From an uncultured Gammaproteobacteria bacterium (lineage in GTDB: Bacteria > Patescibacteriota > Patescibacteriia > Magasanikbacterales > UBA922): a stretch of DNA of 49,802 nt. The notes beneath the pieces were generated by a model. It worked only from the letters and a program-made list of their open reading frames with translations. It ran no database searches and was not told where the DNA came from. Of the stretch, positions 1 to 10,400 are shown one piece after another; positions within the stretch are counted from its first letter, which is position 1; every line of letters begins with the position of its first letter. Both the position numbers and the translations under genes were made by a program. The stretch is from positions 1 through 49,802 of the forward strand of contig CAZFTR010000008.1 in assembly GCA_964522405.1 (NCBI GenBank). The letters run 5' to 3'.

Positions 1-68
1 ATGATGCTCCAGATTATAATTTTATAAAATAAATTTTCAAATAATAAAAACAAATAATAAAAAATTTT

Positions 69-1553
69 ATGCCAGCAAAAAAAACAACTAAGACCAAAAA
101 GCCTGTTAAAAAACCTTCCAAAAAAGTAGCGCCAAAAAAAAATACCAAAAAAACAACTAAGACCAAAAAGCCTGTTAAAAAATCAGTTAAGAAAGCTCCA
201 GCTAAACCAGCTTCCAAAAAAGCTCCTTCAGAAACTAAGAAAAAACCTCTTTCTTTGTCACTTATTCGAGGTATGAAAGATGTTTTGCCTCAGCAAGATA
301 AATTTTGGATGTCTATTTATCGTAGTGCAGAAGATATTGCCCGCGCTTATGGTTTTAAATATATGGAAACTCCCATTGTTGAGCAGAGTTCTCTTTTTGT
401 AAAATCTATTGGAAAGGGGACTGATGTGGTTGATAAAGAAATGTATACTTTTGAAGACAAAGAAGGTTCAAAATCCTGCCTTCGTCCTGAATTTACTGCC
501 GGAGTTGCGAGAGCATATATTATGCATGGTTTACAGACCATTCCTCAGCCTGTAAAAGTTTGGAGTTGGGGACCGCTTTTTAGACATGATCGACCTCAAG
601 CTGGAAGATATAGAGAATTTCATCAGTTTAATTGTGAAATTTTGGGCGAGCATAGTCCTGTTGTTGATGCTGAATTGATTTCTATTGCTTATCATACTAT
701 TACTGATCTTGGTATTGATGTAACTGTAAAGATAAATAGTATTGGAACTCGAGAAGAGCGTGAACAATACATTGTTGAATTGGTTGGTTATCTTCGCAGC
801 AAGAGAAGTTATCTTTCTGAGCAATCCAAAAAACGAATAACCAAAAATCCTCTACGAGTTCTTGATTCAAAGGAGCCTGAGGATCAAGCTATTATAGAAG
901 AAGCACCCCAGATAATTGATTGGCTTTCTGCTCAATCAAAGAATTTTTTTATGAGTGTTCTCGAATATCTTGATGAATTGCAAATTCCTTATGTTTTGGC
1001 TCCAAATTTGGTTCGTGGATTAGATTATTATACTGATATTGTCTTTGAAATTGTTGAAGAAGGTGTAGAAGAAACTTCTCAGGGAAGCCTGGTTGGTGGC
1101 GGGCGATATGATGGATTGATTGAAAAATTGGGTGGACAACCAACTCCTGCTGCAGGTTTTGGTATGGGGGTTGAAAGAGTTATGAGTATTTTGCAAAAAA
1201 GAGCAAAAGAAAGAAGAAATAAACTAATAAGTTCAGGAGAAACTGAAGACAAAGAAGAGAAAGTCGGCGGAATATTTTTTGCTCAATTAGGAGAACAGGC
1301 CAATAGACGCGCACTTGCTCTTATTGAGATGCTCAGAAAAGAGGGTATTATCGTGCATCATAATCTAGCTAAATCTTCTCTCAAAGCTCAGATGGAGATA
1401 GCTAACAAATTTGGCGTTACCCATACCCTTATTTTAGGTCAAAAAGAAGTTCAAGATGAGTCTATTTTGCTTAGAGATATGGATTCAGGAAACCAAGAAG
1501 TTATTGATCAAAATAAACTAAAACAAACAGTTAAGAAATTACTAAATAAGTAA
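69..1553 (+). CDS. hisS: Histidine--tRNA ligase with ~60-aa Lys/Pro-rich N-terminal extension
   Basis: Class II motifs RGMKD, LRPEFTA, FRHDRPQAGRYREFHQ, LVRGLDYY, GGGRYDGL, GFGMGVER; C-terminal anticodon-binding domain. Confidence 0.97.
   Translation: MPAKKTTKTKKPVKKPSKKVAPKKNTKKTTKTKKPVKKSVKKAPAKPASKKAPSETKKKPLSLSLIRGMKDVLPQQDKFWMSIYRSAEDIARAYGFKYMETPIVEQSSLFVKSIGKGTDVVDKEMYTFEDKEGSKSCLRPEFTAGVARAYIMHGLQTIPQPVKVWSWGPLFRHDRPQAGRYREFHQFNCEILGEHSPVVDAELISIAYHTITDLGIDVTVKINSIGTREEREQYIVELVGYLRSKRSYLSEQSKKRITKNPLRVLDSKEPEDQAIIEEAPQIIDWLSAQSKNFFMSVLEYLDELQIPYVLAPNLVRGLDYYTDIVFEIVEEGVEETSQGSLVGGGRYDGLIEKLGGQPTPAAGFGMGVERVMSILQKRAKERRNKLISSGETEDKEEKVGGIFFAQLGEQANRRALALIEMLRKEGIIVHHNLAKSSLKAQMEIANKFGVTHTLILGQKEVQDESILLRDMDSGNQEVIDQNKLKQTVKKLLNK
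78..182 (+). repeat. Exact 36-bp direct repeat (78-113 and 147-182) encoding KKTTKTKKPVKK
   Basis: AAAAAAACAACTAAGACCAAAAAGCCTGTTAAAAAA occurs twice. Confidence 0.92.
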
Positions 1554-1587
1554 TTAACAATTTACTAGTAGAGGCTTAGTCAAAAAT

Positions 1588-1616
1588 TTGACTTTTAGCT
1601 AAAATTAGTTTATTAT
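1588..1616 (+). promoter_or_regulatory. Sigma70-type promoter upstream of rpsU
   Basis: TTGACT-17 bp-TATTAT. Confidence 0.6.
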
Positions 1617-1639
1617 TAAAGCACTAATTATTTTTAATA

Positions 1640-1658
1640 TCACTTCGTGAGGAGGTGA
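1640..1658 (+). promoter_or_regulatory. Extended SD (AGGAGGTGA, 1650-1658) of rpsU, partly paired in a 7-bp hairpin
   Basis: TCACTTC-GTGAG-GAGGTGA; SD correctly spaced from GTG at 1664. Confidence 0.7.
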
Positions 1659-1663
1659 ATTAC

Positions 1664-1903
1664 GTGTCAGAAATTAAACGCAAAAAAGGTGAATCTTTTG
1701 AAGGGTTCATGCGTAGAGTAAAAGATCAATGGAAGCGTTCAGGTACTATCTTGCAAGCCCGGAAGATTCAGTTTTTTTCCAGTAAGCCTAGTAAGAATAT
1801 GCAGCGCAGCCAAACTATTACCAAGGTTAAGAAAACCAACAAGATTAACTACTTGCGCAAGATTGGGAAATTACCTGAAAAAGACGAACGTTACGGCAGA
1901 TAA
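1664..1903 (+). CDS. rpsU: 30S ribosomal protein bS21
   Basis: EIKRKKGESFEGFMRR..SGTILQARKIQFF.KPS bS21 pattern; classical rpsU-yqeY order; start moved to GTG 1664 on SD spacing. Confidence 0.85.
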   Translation: MSEIKRKKGESFEGFMRRVKDQWKRSGTILQARKIQFFSSKPSKNMQRSQTITKVKKTNKINYLRKIGKLPEKDERYGR

Positions 1904-1914
1904 TCATATATTTT

Positions 1915-2367
1915 ATGTCGTTGCATGACAAATTGACTCAAGCACACACCGAAGCTAGAAAAACCAAAGATCAAGCAGCCTTGTCAATATTTCAAGTTCT
2001 GCTTTCTGCAGTTAAAAATGAGCAAATCAAAAAAGGTGCTGAAGCTGAACTTAGCGATTCTGAAGTAGAATCAGTACTTGCTAGGCAAGTAAAACAGTTG
2101 CGAGATGCCTTTGTTGATTTTGAATCAGCTGGCCGCGATGAGTTAGTCAAAAAAACCCAAAAAGAAATTGAATTGTTAGAGTCATATTTACCAGAGCAGA
2201 TCTCAGATCAAGAACTTGAAAAGATTCTCAAAAAACATATTGAAGAATCTGGAACAAGTGATGTTAGTGGTTTGGGTAAGCTTATGGGTTCTGTTATGCC
2301 TGAAGTGAAAGGCAAAGCTGATGGTCAGCGCGTACGTACTATTGCCAGCAAACTTTTGTCAAATTAG
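1915..2367 (+). CDS. yqeY: GatB/YqeY domain protein
   Basis: F..AGR.EL......E..LL..YLP.Q and GKLMG.VM..VKGKADG motifs. Confidence 0.93.
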   Translation: MSLHDKLTQAHTEARKTKDQAALSIFQVLLSAVKNEQIKKGAEAELSDSEVESVLARQVKQLRDAFVDFESAGRDELVKKTQKEIELLESYLPEQISDQELEKILKKHIEESGTSDVSGLGKLMGSVMPEVKGKADGQRVRTIASKLLSN

Positions 2368-2400
2368 GTTTGTATTAATTATTCATAATCCTCGGTTTCC

Positions 2401-4476
2401 ATGCTAGCCAGGATTCAGAACAATTATTTCTCCAGAAAAACTGTGAGCACAGCATTGTTTGTGATCGCAGTTTTTTTATTTTCTTTCATATTTATAGCTC
2501 CTGAGCTTGTCTCAGCCGCTGAAACTGATACTTTTGGTTTAGAGCAATTTGGTGAGCAGACTGCTCTTGGTGCTGGTGATATTCGAGTAATTGTGGCTCG
2601 AATTATCCGCGCTGCTCTTAGTCTACTCGGAATTATCGCAGTTGGTCTTATTATGTATGCAGGGTTTACCATAATGACTTCTGAGGGTAATGAGCAAAAG
2701 ATTGATCAAGGAAAGAAAATTCTTACTAATGCAGTTATTGGTCTCGCAATTATCATGTCATCGCTTGCTATTGTCCATTTTGTTTTAAAGGCTTTTGAAA
2801 ACCAAGGTGTTCCACCAGGGCAAGTTTCTGGAACTGAACCGGTCTTTGATAGTTTTATTGGAAGTGGTGGACTTGGAAGCATAATACGTGATCACTATCC
2901 ATTCCGTGATCAAACCGGAGTAAAGAGAAATGAAGCAATATCTGTGACTTTTGCCGAGCCAATTGATCCGGCAACAATAATAGATGATGTGCAACTTGAT
3001 GGTATTTTTGGTAATTGTGACACTGAAGCAGAGAATTATACTCCGGAAACTCATTGTGACAAGGTGAAACAAGATGCAGTAGAAATTCATGTAATGCTAG
3101 AAGGTCCGGATGATGAAAAGAATTTGGTTGAGGCTGCTGCCTATACCATGTTTGAAGATGGGGAAGAACAAAATGCCTATACTTTTGTATTTGATCCTTT
3201 TGAGTTTCTTGGAGAACCTGGCCAAGAAGTTTGGTATACAGTTATACTCAAAAAACAAATTGAAAAGAAAAATGAAGTTGGTGGTGAAAAAGTAAGTGCT
3301 TTTTTTGGTCAAAAATCTGATTTTTATTCATGGGATTTCCAAACAGATGGTGAGCTTGATCTTACTGCTCCTGAAGTTGTAAATACTCATCCGACTGATG
3401 GATCAGTAAGCGCTAGAAATACTTATATACAGATAAATTTTAGTGAAGCTATAAATCCAATTTCAATACAAGGGCTGGTCACAGCAGAAAAACAAGCAAA
3501 AAACTTACTCTTTAATACGCTTACTGATAGCGGAGAAGCAAAACCAACCGGTGAGTGGAGAATTTCAAATGGTTATAGAACGGTTGAATTTATTTCAGAT
3601 CAAGCTTGTGGACAAAATAGTTGTGGTGGAATTCTCTATTGTCTTCCTTTGACATGTCAAGGTGCTGATTGTTCTGATAATTATTCAGTGGCAATTCGTA
3701 CAGCTGCGCTAAAAGATAAGAATGCAGGCACATTTGAAAGTATTAAGTTTACTGGTGTGGTAGATATGGCCTTCAATGCACTTGATGGTTTTCCAAATGG
3801 TAGTCCTGAAGGAAAACCTCCTTCAGAGGCAGTTCCAGGCTCAACCAAAGAGCCGGCTGATGCAAAACCAGATAACTATGCTTGGAATTTCAAAATAGAA
3901 AATAAGATTGATAGAAGTTCTCCTTTTATAGAATCAACCGCACCGGCAATTGACAAGGGATTTGTAAAATCAAATGAACTTCTAACTATTGCTTTTAATC
4001 GACCAATGCTTTTCAGCTCATTATATAGTCCTGGAATTCACATAGAAGAATACCCAGATGATCCAGCAATTGATAACCTTTGGTATGTGCCTTTTATGGA
4101 TCTTTCTAAGAGTTCTACCAAGACTGTATTAGACATGGCTCATCGAGCTTTTGGGCCAAATGATGGTGATTACTATTATTTCCCTAGAATTTCTTCACAA
4201 ATTTTGGCTTTAAATGGAAATTGTTATTATCCTGGACGCGGACCTGGTGGTGATCAAGCTGGAGATAATCTTACTTGTGAATATCAAGAAGATGATGATG
4301 GTGTTATGGTTCCGGGTAGTGATGCAGGTTGTGTGAAAGTTTATACCAAGAGCGCTGACGGAAAATCTGACCCTGATCATGACACTGGCTGTGTTATTGG
4401 TAGTGATGCAGTTGAGAAGGCGCAGCCAGATATTGATACATGTCTTGTAGAAATTAAAAATCAAAGTCCGCTGTAA
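2401..4476 (+). CDS. Pilin-anchored (TrbC/VirB2-like N-terminus) surface protein with Ig-like (Big_5-type) domains
   Basis: Signal peptide, then IRVIVARIIRAALSLLGIIAV...MYAGF.IMTSEGNEQKIDQGKKILTNAVIGLAII; Big_5-like motifs (RNEAISVTFAEPID, APEVVNTHPTDG..RNTYIQINFSEAINP). Confidence 0.8.
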   Translation: MLARIQNNYFSRKTVSTALFVIAVFLFSFIFIAPELVSAAETDTFGLEQFGEQTALGAGDIRVIVARIIRAALSLLGIIAVGLIMYAGFTIMTSEGNEQKIDQGKKILTNAVIGLAIIMSSLAIVHFVLKAFENQGVPPGQVSGTEPVFDSFIGSGGLGSIIRDHYPFRDQTGVKRNEAISVTFAEPIDPATIIDDVQLDGIFGNCDTEAENYTPETHCDKVKQDAVEIHVMLEGPDDEKNLVEAAAYTMFEDGEEQNAYTFVFDPFEFLGEPGQEVWYTVILKKQIEKKNEVGGEKVSAFFGQKSDFYSWDFQTDGELDLTAPEVVNTHPTDGSVSARNTYIQINFSEAINPISIQGLVTAEKQAKNLLFNTLTDSGEAKPTGEWRISNGYRTVEFISDQACGQNSCGGILYCLPLTCQGADCSDNYSVAIRTAALKDKNAGTFESIKFTGVVDMAFNALDGFPNGSPEGKPPSEAVPGSTKEPADAKPDNYAWNFKIENKIDRSSPFIESTAPAIDKGFVKSNELLTIAFNRPMLFSSLYSPGIHIEEYPDDPAIDNLWYVPFMDLSKSSTKTVLDMAHRAFGPNDGDYYYFPRISSQILALNGNCYYPGRGPGGDQAGDNLTCEYQEDDDGVMVPGSDAGCVKVYTKSADGKSDPDHDTGCVIGSDAVEKAQPDIDTCLVEIKNQSPL

Positions 4477-4479
4477 TAT

Positions 4480-7400
4480 ATGAATAAATTTGGACTAAAA
4501 TTTAAAAAAACAATCTTGACTACACTTTTTTTGATGATTGTTAGTTTTTCGTTTATTGGTTTTGGTGCAGATGTGTTAGCTGCTGCGACTGACACTTTTG
4601 GATTGCAAGAGTTTGGAGATACGACTGAGCTTGCTGCTCAAGATATAAGAGTAACTATAGCTAGAATAATAAACGCAGCACTTGGTTTGTTGGGTGTTCT
4701 TGCTCTTGGTATTATTTTGTATGGCGGTTTTGTCTACATGACAGCAGGAGGACAGCAGGACAAAATAGACAAAGCAAAAAAGATTCTTATCAATGGAACC
4801 ATTGGTTTAATTATAATCATGTCTTCATGGGCCATAACCAAATTTGTTATAAATCAATTAGAAGCAGCAACCAAACCACCAACACCGCCACCGGTTTGTG
4901 ATGGTGACGGTATCAAGGATCCAAAGTGCCCACCAGATCCTAAGGATCCTACTTGGTGTATAGAAAATCTTTTTTTAGCTAAGAGTATTACTCCCAGTCA
5001 GGAACAAACCAACATGAATAATGCAGTAATTCGCGCTGTCTTCACTCAAGAGGTTGGAACTCCGGCAGAAGAAGTTCTCAAGATTACAACTGGAAGTGGC
5101 GAGGCAGAAGTTGACATAACAACTGATTTTATATTTGCTTTTACTGATGCAAATGATCAGAGGGTATTGGAAGCAAAATACAATATTGACGCTAACCTAT
5201 GTGCAGAAGAAAATAAAAAACCGGGTATTAATTGTCTACCTGTACTTCCTGAAGAATATCATGTAGAAGTGCAGAAAAATGTGGTTTCCAAAAATGGAGA
5301 AGCAATTGAGCTTGGCGATGTTTGTGACGGTTTTCAGTCGGTGACAAAAGTAGATTTTGAAATTAATCAACAAGTCAATGATTTTGTGGTTCCGATTATG
5401 TCTGCCATATCAATTATTGTAGACGGTAATCCAAGTACACAGCCAGGTGTCAAACTTATGGCTGGCGGAATTTATCCAATTCAGGTAACAGTAAATGATG
5501 AAAAAGGTGTTGGATATGTTCATATGAATATTGCCAAAGAAAATGGAACTGATAGTGTAACTATTTATGATGGGCCTTCAGAAGGAAATTCAGATCAGCC
5601 ATTTGAATTTAGCTATCATTTGGGTCTTGGATTGAATATTCCAGCACTGACAAAATATATTATTACAGTTACAGCATATGATATTGACCACAATCAGAGT
5701 ACTCAATCATCACATTTCTTTGTAAAGCCAGCATTTTGTGAGGATCCTGATCTTACCCCGGAACAGATCAAAAGTTGTGGTTCTATAGACACTTGTGATG
5801 ATGATAATCCTTGTTTTAAAGGTTTGAAATGTGTGGAAGGTCAATGTATAGCTTTCCCTGAAATTACTGGAATAGAACCGCAAGATGGAGCTCCAGGAAA
5901 TTGGGTTACAATTTATGGTCATAATTTTGGGAATACACCGGGAAAGATTTTATTTGCCAGTGATAATAATAACAATTCTATTTATGACGACAGTGAATGG
6001 TTAGAAGCTTCTGTTGTGCAGTGTGCTCTTGGTTCTGCCTCATGGCATCATAGTTATGCAGTAGTAGAAGTTCCAAATGTCGCCAATATGTCTAGCGCAG
6101 CTTTGTTCAGTGGTTTTGATCAGTCAGTCAGTTTGACTCCAAGTCCGGTTTACAAGGGTGAAGAAGCAGAAGCTCCTTTTACTGTAAGTTTTTGGGCAAA
6201 AATGGATTCTGAAGATGAAGAAGTACAGGTTTTAGCAAGTGGTGGAGTGGTTGAAGCTGGTGGTGGTTGGAGTTTTCATTTAAAACCCGGTCCTATTCTT
6301 AGTATGGAAGTATATGATACTGTAACTCATGCTTATAGGAGGGTTTATACAACCGTACCTCTAGGCCAGTATGTTCACATCGCCGGTGTTTATAGCCCGG
6401 ACAATTATGTGGCTTTATATGTAAATGGAAAAGAATTTTTTGAATCAAATACTAATCCTGGATCATTAAGCCAGGGAGGTGGAAATGCTGTTAATATTGG
6501 AAAAAGAAATATACCTGGACTTGATTCTTTTTATTTCAAAGGCTCGATTGATGAGTTTGCAATGTTTGACAGTGTGCTTAGTGCTGAACAGATAAAATCA
6601 CATTTTGAAGCTGGTTCATCTGAGCCTGGCGCTTACAAAAATTTAATTTTATCTCATAATCCAGCAGGATATTGGAGATTTTTTGATAATAAGATGCTTG
6701 CTCTAGCGCCGGCGCAAGATGCCTTTGATGTAGAGGTAGAAGGAGATGTTCAATTTTCTCAAATAGGATTATTTGGAATTGTCAGTGGTCTGGGTGAATC
6801 AAGCGCAGTTAAAATTGTCCGTTCAGATGATCCTGAACTTTTTGACACTAGCGTTGATGGATATGGAATAAAACCTGTCCCGGCAGATGATGCTGGCTCA
6901 AAAGGATATATGAGCAAAGACGAGTATTTGGCAAAATATGGCCAAGAAAATGGTGGTTTGTTTACCAAAAATGACATAAAACGACCTGGTCTTTGTGAGG
7001 TTAGAACTCCAAACGGTGCTCATGCTGCTCAGTCAGACGCCTTTATTATTGCAGACGGAAAAACCTTTGGACAAACAGCAAATACACTTGAAGCGCCATC
7101 CAATAGCTTTTTAAATTTTGCAGGTTTATCAGCCAAAATAAATTCATGGTTTGATAGTTTTATAGAAGCAAATGTTCCGGTAAATTTGGCAGCAGGAACA
7201 TTTCCTGTCTCAGTAGTTGCCAATGGACAGTTTAGTAATAGTGTTCCATTTTCAATCTTACCTGGAGATCTGGAAGAGTCTCTGCCTGTTATTACTTCTA
7301 TTGATCCTGAAGAAAATACACCAGGCAGTTATTCCACGGTTTTTGGTAATCATTTTGGAGCTTCAACAGGAATTGTATTTCTAAGTAAAAATCAGGGTGG

Positions 7401-10400
7401 AGATTGTCTTGCGCCAGGAGATTGTTATACTCTTGAACTTGCTGAATGTAAAAGCCCGTGGAGTAATACTCAAATTGTTATAAAAACTCCAGATATAGAT
7501 GTACAGGATTATTTCATGGTTGTCGAAAGAGGAGATAATGCTTTGCAATCAAATGGTTTAAATAAATTTGCAATTATTGAAGGAGAAATTAAACCAAGTA
7601 TATGTGAATTGGATCCAGAGAGTGGACCTTCGCCTCTTCCAACTGATCATGATGGTTTGACACTTACAGGTCATTCATTTTCAGTAGATCCCATAGTTTA
7701 CTTTTGGAGGAGTGGAGCAGATGAAGAAAATATTGATACTTGGCTTTCTTCAGAAATTAATCCAAAACCAAATGGTGATCCGGCTATTAGCAGTAAATCA
7801 GATACTCTCATAAAGACTCACATTCCTGTAGATGCTGATTTGGGAATCGCTATGAATAGTGGCCCTATAAAAGTAAAATCTTCTGTAACGCAAGAGTTAA
7901 GTAACTCAGTACAGTATGAAGTCTCTGATTGTCGAGATTCAGAAGAAGAATTTATCGGATTCCAATGTTGTACTGATGGTGCTGAAGCAGGTATGTGGAA
8001 AGATGATCAGTTTGTTTGTGAAGGTGAAACACGTGAAGCAGGGTATGTTTGGAGATTTTCTTCCGGTTTAATCCCGAATTTACCGCAGGTTGTAGAATAT
8101 TGTGATGCTGGCGCTTGGGGTAAGGATGGAGTTAAAACAGAATTTCCTTCTCCTGTGCCATCTTTGCTTTGGGATGAGGGAACAAATGCTTGTTTGAATG
8201 CTACAATTGCCATTAGATTTAGTATAGGAATGGATGCAGCTTCTATAAACAGCGATACTGTTCAGATTTATTCCTGTGGAGTAGAGGACACTCCTGATTG
8301 TTTGTACAATGCTGCGACTGCCATTCCTGCTGATAATTTAAGTATTGATCAGTTTGAAGATCAATCAGATACCTTATTGATACGTAAAGGGAATAATGGT
8401 TTTCTTGCTCCAAATACCTGGTACCGAGTTTTATTGAAAAAAGACATTCTCTCAATGAGCGTTGATCTTGGTGTTGGAAATTCTCAAAAACTCAATCTTG
8501 AGCCAACCAAAAAATTACCAGGAAATGATTCAGTTGCTTATTATTTTGATTTTAAAACTGGTGATGCAAGTCAATTTTGTACTTTGAAAAAAGCATGGGT
8601 TGATCCGGTAGAAAAAACAGTTGGAGTCCTGGGACATATTATGCATCCTTGGAATAAAACAAAACCTTTTTACTATCATGTTTATGGTCAAGCAAATCAA
8701 GTCTGTACAATTCTTGACGTGGATGGAATGGGTTGGGATTGGAGCACAGATCCTGTTACAAAAGCAGAGCACACCGACGCTCCAGATCTAAGCAAGGGAA
8801 TAACTGACAGTCGTGTGACTATTGAAGCACTGGAGCAGGCACATCCAGTACCGGTTGAAATAAAAACCAAAACATCTGAAAAATATGCCTGGTTTGATTT
8901 TCTCAAAAATGCCAGTGTAGAATCTCCTTTTGAAATTGCAGCCAATGCTGACATTCTAGAAATTGAAGGTTCAAAAGATAATAAAAATTATTCTCTTAAG
9001 CAGCCATTTACTCTTGAGTATAGTTATGTGTTACTGGGAGAAGTTGCCAATAATCCGAATTGGTCAATGTCAAGTGTGCAAAATGTGTATGGCTTTATAT
9101 ATACTGGTATTGATGCATCAGATGGGCTTTGTTTTGAGATGTATGCTGATCAGGGGCCAGTTTCTGTTTGTAGTGGGCAAGCGCCTGTAGTTGGTCAACA
9201 ATATCACTATGTTATAGTTTGGGATGGACAGAATTTAAGAATGTTAGATACAAATGGCGAATTGGCAAGTGTTGCCTTTGCTGGTTTTGCTCCTGATGAT
9301 GGGTTAGATGGTAACAATTTGATTTTAGGAAGTCATGATCCTGATGAAGCTAATCCTATTCATCATGTCATAGATAAATTTAGAGTCATGTATGGACAGC
9401 TTTTAACTGAGCAGGAAATTCAAGAAATGCTTGGAGGGGTTGGAGTTGAGATACAAGCAGAACCATCTGAATTGTTTATAAATCTACTTGATCCTGAAGT
9501 TTTAACTTTTGAACCAAATTGTACTGAATCATGTATAAATGCCAATATAGTGGTTACTTTCAATACAATAATGGCTAGCTCAACTTACAAAGATGGATTT
9601 ACTGTTTATAAATGTCTTGATGGTGCTCAATGTAACAATAACCAAGAGCAACAAGATCTTTATGAGGATTCAGAAGATGGAGATGATAAAACCATGAAAC
9701 TAACTCTAAAAGGTGGAAATCTAGACAAAAATACTTATTATAAGGTTGCTCTTGACGATAATATAAAAGCTTTGGAGCGAATAGATCCGCCGCTTGAAGG
9801 AAAATCTCTTCAGCCTGTTGAGTGGGTTTTCAAGACCAAGGATGATGCAACTCCATGTACAGTGAACAGACTTGAAATAAATCCTGATCCATTTACTACA
9901 AATTTAATCGGTAGTCAAACAAAATATATTGTTACTCCATTTAGTACTCCTAATAAGTGTAGTTCTGTTGGTCAAGCTCTTAACAAGTGGGATTATGAAT
10001 ACACCTGGGATACAGAACATCATCAAGTCGCAACTATAACTAATTTTAATACTGGATTTGGCTGGAAATCATTTTGTTCACCATTTTGTCTTCCAAAAGG
10101 AAGTGTAGTTCCAAGTGATTCAGATTCTGATCCTTACTTGTGTGGGAATGGTGTAGTTGAGCCGGGAGAAGATTGTGATATTGCTCTTGTGGCTGATGGA
10201 ACTTGTAAATTAAATTGTACTTATTCAGATGATAAGAAAATAAATTTAGGAATGTTGGGTTCAGGTCCAGTACCGCCAAAAACAGAATTGCAAGATCTTG
10301 ATCAAAATGCCGGACCTTATTGTGGAGATGGTATAGTGGAAGGGCCTATTGAAGCTTGTGATATTGGTTTGACTCCTGAAAAAGCTACTGAACAAGGAAA

